NCBI GenBank assembly: GCA_965227295.1
Contig: OZ245742.1
Span: forward strand, 4,352,001-4,416,000
DNA: 64,000 nucleotides
DNA from: Leptonemataceae bacterium
GTDB lineage: Bacteria > Spirochaetota > Leptospiria > Leptospirales > Leptonemataceae
Direction of reading: 5' to 3'
A program made the translations under genes and the position numbers. Positions 60,996 through 64,000 of the stretch are shown piece after piece. The notes below the pieces were generated by a model that worked only from the letters and a program-made list of their open reading frames with translations, ran no database searches and had not been told where the DNA came from. Each line of letters opens with the position of its first letter. Within the stretch, counting starts at the first letter, position 1.

Positions 60996-63900
60996 ATGTA
61001 TCTGTTCTTGATTGCAATCAGTTTTCTGGGCTCCATTGCCTTCAGTCTGTTCCTGCGCCGCATGGAACGGCCGGCGGCCCGGGAGACTCAGCTCAAACGC
61101 CTGGCCGAGATGCAGGAAAACCGCCTGGAGAACCTGGCCGGCCGGCATATTCAAAGCATCCAGGACGCCATCCTCGACTACGATCTCCTGCTCCGCCAGT
61201 CCCACAGCGTCCGCGAGGAACTGGGCCAGGGCATCGAGGCGTATCGGGAGAGCATGGCCGAGATCCGCAAGGAGCGCGAGCTCATCGACGACATCTCCAA
61301 CGAACTCGCCGAGATCGCCGGCAGTGCGCGTTCCGTCGGCGATCAGGTGGAGCGCCTGGATCGCGGCCTGGAACGGTTGTCCCTCGCCGAGAACGAAATG
61401 GCCGAAATCCACGAACGCCTGGGGGAACTGGGCGCCACGGTGGAAAAACGCGGCCAGGAATCCGAGGCGACCCTGGCGGACGTCATCTCCCGTTTGATTC
61501 GCGAGACCGAAGAACGCACGCGCAGCCTCACCGAAAACGCTCGTTCCTCGTTTCAAATCTTACAGGACGAGTACAAAGAACTCGAAACGCGCCTGGACGA
61601 TCAGTCCCGGGACAGCGAGATCCTGGGCGAACGCGTCGGGGCCATTGCCAATCGCTTCGAAGAAAAGTGGCTCAGCGAAACGAATCGCATCGAAGAGCGC
61701 CTGGGTGCGGCGGAGCGTAAGTTTACGGAACGCCTCTCCAGCATGGAAGATGGCCTGGCCGGCATCCGCAACAACGCCGTGGAATCCCTGCAGAGCGAAA
61801 TCAAACGCATGCGCGACGACCTTGAAGACTTCAACCTCGAAGCCGTCAGCCGCCGGGACGAAATTCTGAACGAGACCCGCCGCATGGCCGAGGGCATGCA
61901 GGATCAGGTCAAGGCCTTCCAGGAGAACTACCTCTCCGCGGAGAATCGGCTCATCAAAGACGCCGAGCACTACAATCGTCAGTTGCTGGAGAAACACGAG
62001 GCCTTCGAAAATCAGTGGAACGACAGCCAGAATCATCTCCTGCGCACATTCGAAGAACGCGCCGCGGAACTCGAGGAACAGATCGGCGGCCTGCAAAACC
62101 AGGAGCACGATCGCCTGTCCGACGAGGCCGCACGCCTGCGCGAAGAGTTCAAGGAACTCGCCGGCGACGCCACCGAACGCATCGACCGCCAGGTCAATCA
62201 GGGCCAGGAACGTCTGCGGGAATTCCAGCGCGAAGAAGAACGCGATCTGCAAAACGCTCGCGACGAACTCTCGGGTCTCCGCGACAACCTGAACATGCTC
62301 GGCCACGAGATGAAGGCGTCCCTGCGCAGTGAGATGGAACACAGCATCGCCCTCATCAAAGACGCGCGCAAGACCGAAGAAGAACAGTTCACCCGCAGTC
62401 GGGCCGAGCTGGAAGGCTTCCGCCAGGAACTGAACGATCGCATTGACCGCGTGGAGGAACAGTTCCGTGAGGTCTCGCGCATCCGCGGGAAGCTCGAAGA
62501 GTACGGCGACAAACTCCGCGACGAACTGCAGGAGATCAGCGCGGCCCAGGAAAACTATTTCCGCAAAAAAAGCGAGGAGATGCTCGGCGAACAGAGCGAG
62601 GTACTCGCGAATCTCAAAGAGAAATTCCGCCACGAGGTCGAAGGCCGCATCGACGAACTCGAAGGCAACGTCGGTGAAGCCGCGGAACACGTCGAGGATC
62701 GCCTGCGCGAGTTCGAGAAGAGTCGCAAGGGTCTCGACGCCGACATCGAACGCTTCCGCAGTGAACTGGACAAACGCCAGGCCGGCCTGCACGGCGAACA
62801 GCAAATGCTGCACGAGGAACTGCGCAGCACCGCACGGCACTTCCAGGAAGAACTGGAATCCCAATCCGAAGAACTGCGCGGCGAACAGGAACAAATCCGC
62901 GAGCACATGGACACCCTGCTCGCTCGCGCCGAGACGGAACTCGACAAACGCCTGCAACGCGGCTTCGAATCGCGCATGGCCGAGTACGAAGAGAGCGTCA
63001 AAGAAATCCAGCGCATCAAGGACCGCGTGGAAGATCACGTGGAGCGCGTGCGCAAAGAAATTCTGGAAGCCCGGGACGGCAGCGTCGAACAACTGGAAAA
63101 ACGCGCCGCGAAGTTCCTGGACGAGCAGGACGAAAAACTCGCCCGGCTCTCCGAGGACATCGACGAGAAGATCTCCGAACAACTCATGTCTCTCGCCGAC
63201 CAGGGCCAACTGCAACTGGCCGAACTGGAAAAACGTACGCACAAGACCATCGAGGCTTCGGTGGAACGTCTCGAAGGCGACCTGGAAGCGGCCGGCCGCG
63301 AGTTCCATCAACTCCGCGAGGACATTGCCGCGGAAATGCAGCAGGCTCGCGCGCTGAAAGACGAGGTCATCGGTGAGATCGAACGTGACGGTGTCCGTCT
63401 GCAGAAGTTCCGCGAACAACTGGAGATGGTGGACACGGCCGAGGACCTGATCAATCGCCTGGACGAAACCCTGGAAGTCCTCACCGGTCGCCTGGACCTG
63501 GCGCGCGAGGAAAACGCGAAGCTCGACGAGTACGTGCGCAACTTCGAAGAGGTGCGCGTCAATCGCAAAGAGCTCGAAAGCGAACTGCGCATGCTCGAAG
63601 GCCAGCGCGAACGACTGACCCAGGCGGAGCAGTACTTCCACGACGTCGAGAAACAACTGGAAGATCTACACGTGCGGCTGGGCGACATCGACCGGGCGCA
63701 GGACGTGGCCGGCAAAATCGAAAAACGCATTACGCAGTTCAACGAGTTCAAAGAGAGCTTCGAGAAGTACTACGCCGAGCTGGGGGACCGTCGCAAGTTC
63801 ATCGAGAACGCCGTGCGGCACATCGAGAACTCAAAGAACCAGGCCCGGGACGCCGGCGAGACCGCCGAAAAACTCGTACAGAAGGTCGAACGCGCCGAGC

Positions 63901-64000
63901 TGCGCCAGGATCACATGCAGGAGAACATTCAATCCCTGGAGAGCCGCGCCAATCGCCTGAGCGGCCTCGAGAAAGAGATGCAGCGCGTCGAAGCGCGCTT
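60996..64000 (+). CDS. Very long membrane-anchored coiled-coil protein (SpiroCoCo-like); runs off the window end
   Basis: ATG 60996 after GGAG; N-terminal TM MYLFLIAISFLGSIAFSLFLRR, then E/R/L-rich heptads; no stop noticed, consistent with its absence from the ORF track. Confidence 0.85.
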   Translation, partial: MYLFLIAISFLGSIAFSLFLRRMERPAARETQLKRLAEMQENRLENLAGRHIQSIQDAILDYDLLLRQSHSVREELGQGIEAYRESMAEIRKERELIDDISNELAEIAGSARSVGDQVERLDRGLERLSLAENEMAEIHERLGELGATVEKRGQESEATLADVISRLIRETEERTRSLTENARSSFQILQDEYKELETRLDDQSRDSEILGERVGAIANRFEEKWLSETNRIEERLGAAERKFTERLSSMEDGLAGIRNNAVESLQSEIKRMRDDLEDFNLEAVSRRDEILNETRRMAEGMQDQVKAFQENYLSAENRLIKDAEHYNRQLLEKHEAFENQWNDSQNHLLRTFEERAAELEEQIGGLQNQEHDRLSDEAARLREEFKELAGDATERIDRQVNQGQERLREFQREEERDLQNARDELSGLRDNLNMLGHEMKASLRSEMEHSIALIKDARKTEEEQFTRSRAELEGFRQELNDRIDRVEEQFREVSRIRGKLEEYGDKLRDELQEISAAQENYFRKKSEEMLGEQSEVLANLKEKFRHEVEGRIDELEGNVGEAAEHVEDRLREFEKSRKGLDADIERFRSELDKRQAGLHGEQQMLHEELRSTARHFQEELESQSEELRGEQEQIREHMDTLLARAETELDKRLQRGFESRMAEYEESVKEIQRIKDRVEDHVERVRKEILEARDGSVEQLEKRAAKFLDEQDEKLARLSEDIDEKISEQLMSLADQGQLQLAELEKRTHKTIEASVERLEGDLEAAGREFHQLREDIAAEMQQARALKDEVIGEIERDGVRLQKFREQLEMVDTAEDLINRLDETLEVLTGRLDLAREENAKLDEYVRNFEEVRVNRKELESELRMLEGQRERLTQAEQYFHDVEKQLEDLHVRLGDIDRAQDVAGKIEKRITQFNEFKESFEKYYAELGDRRKFIENAVRHIENSKNQARDAGETAEKLVQKVERAELRQDHMQENIQSLESRANRLSGLEKEMQRVEAR

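Noticed and set aside
61560..63656. 698-aa minus-strand ORF
   Set aside because: Antisense shadow of the plus-strand coiled-coil gene, which has the typical codon usage

Overview
GC-rich bacterial chromosomal segment, most likely a Leptospiraceae spirochaete (inferred from a DUF1564-like gene, a SpiroCoCo-like coiled-coil gene, an orphan fliG and hisZ-purA). It is mostly housekeeping: recA, argC, tRNA-Pro, uvrA, murJ, hisZ, purA, tlyA, ispA, ndk, ychF, glpK, rsgA, recX. It also holds a complete Wsp-like chemosensory cluster (cheR-TPR, tandem cheW, MCP, hybrid cheA, cheB) whose output is a receiver-adenylate cyclase, followed by fliG. No CRISPR array, prophage or transposase was seen. The most unusual signals are non-coding. 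(1) Five copies of a ~120-140 nt structured repeat with compensatory base changes and almost exclusively c-GNA-g loops; four form two convergent pairs. (2) A 16-bp palindrome TGTAGGAACTCCTACA directly before both pairs and also inside and upstream of the DUF1564-like gene. (3) A second inverted-repeat family (ACTCCGAGGACCGAGG...). Protein-level oddities are a citrate synthase homologue lacking a catalytic His, a pair of 7TM sensors with degenerate kinase cores, and tandem XRE paralogues. All product calls come from motif recognition by eye; no database searches were run.
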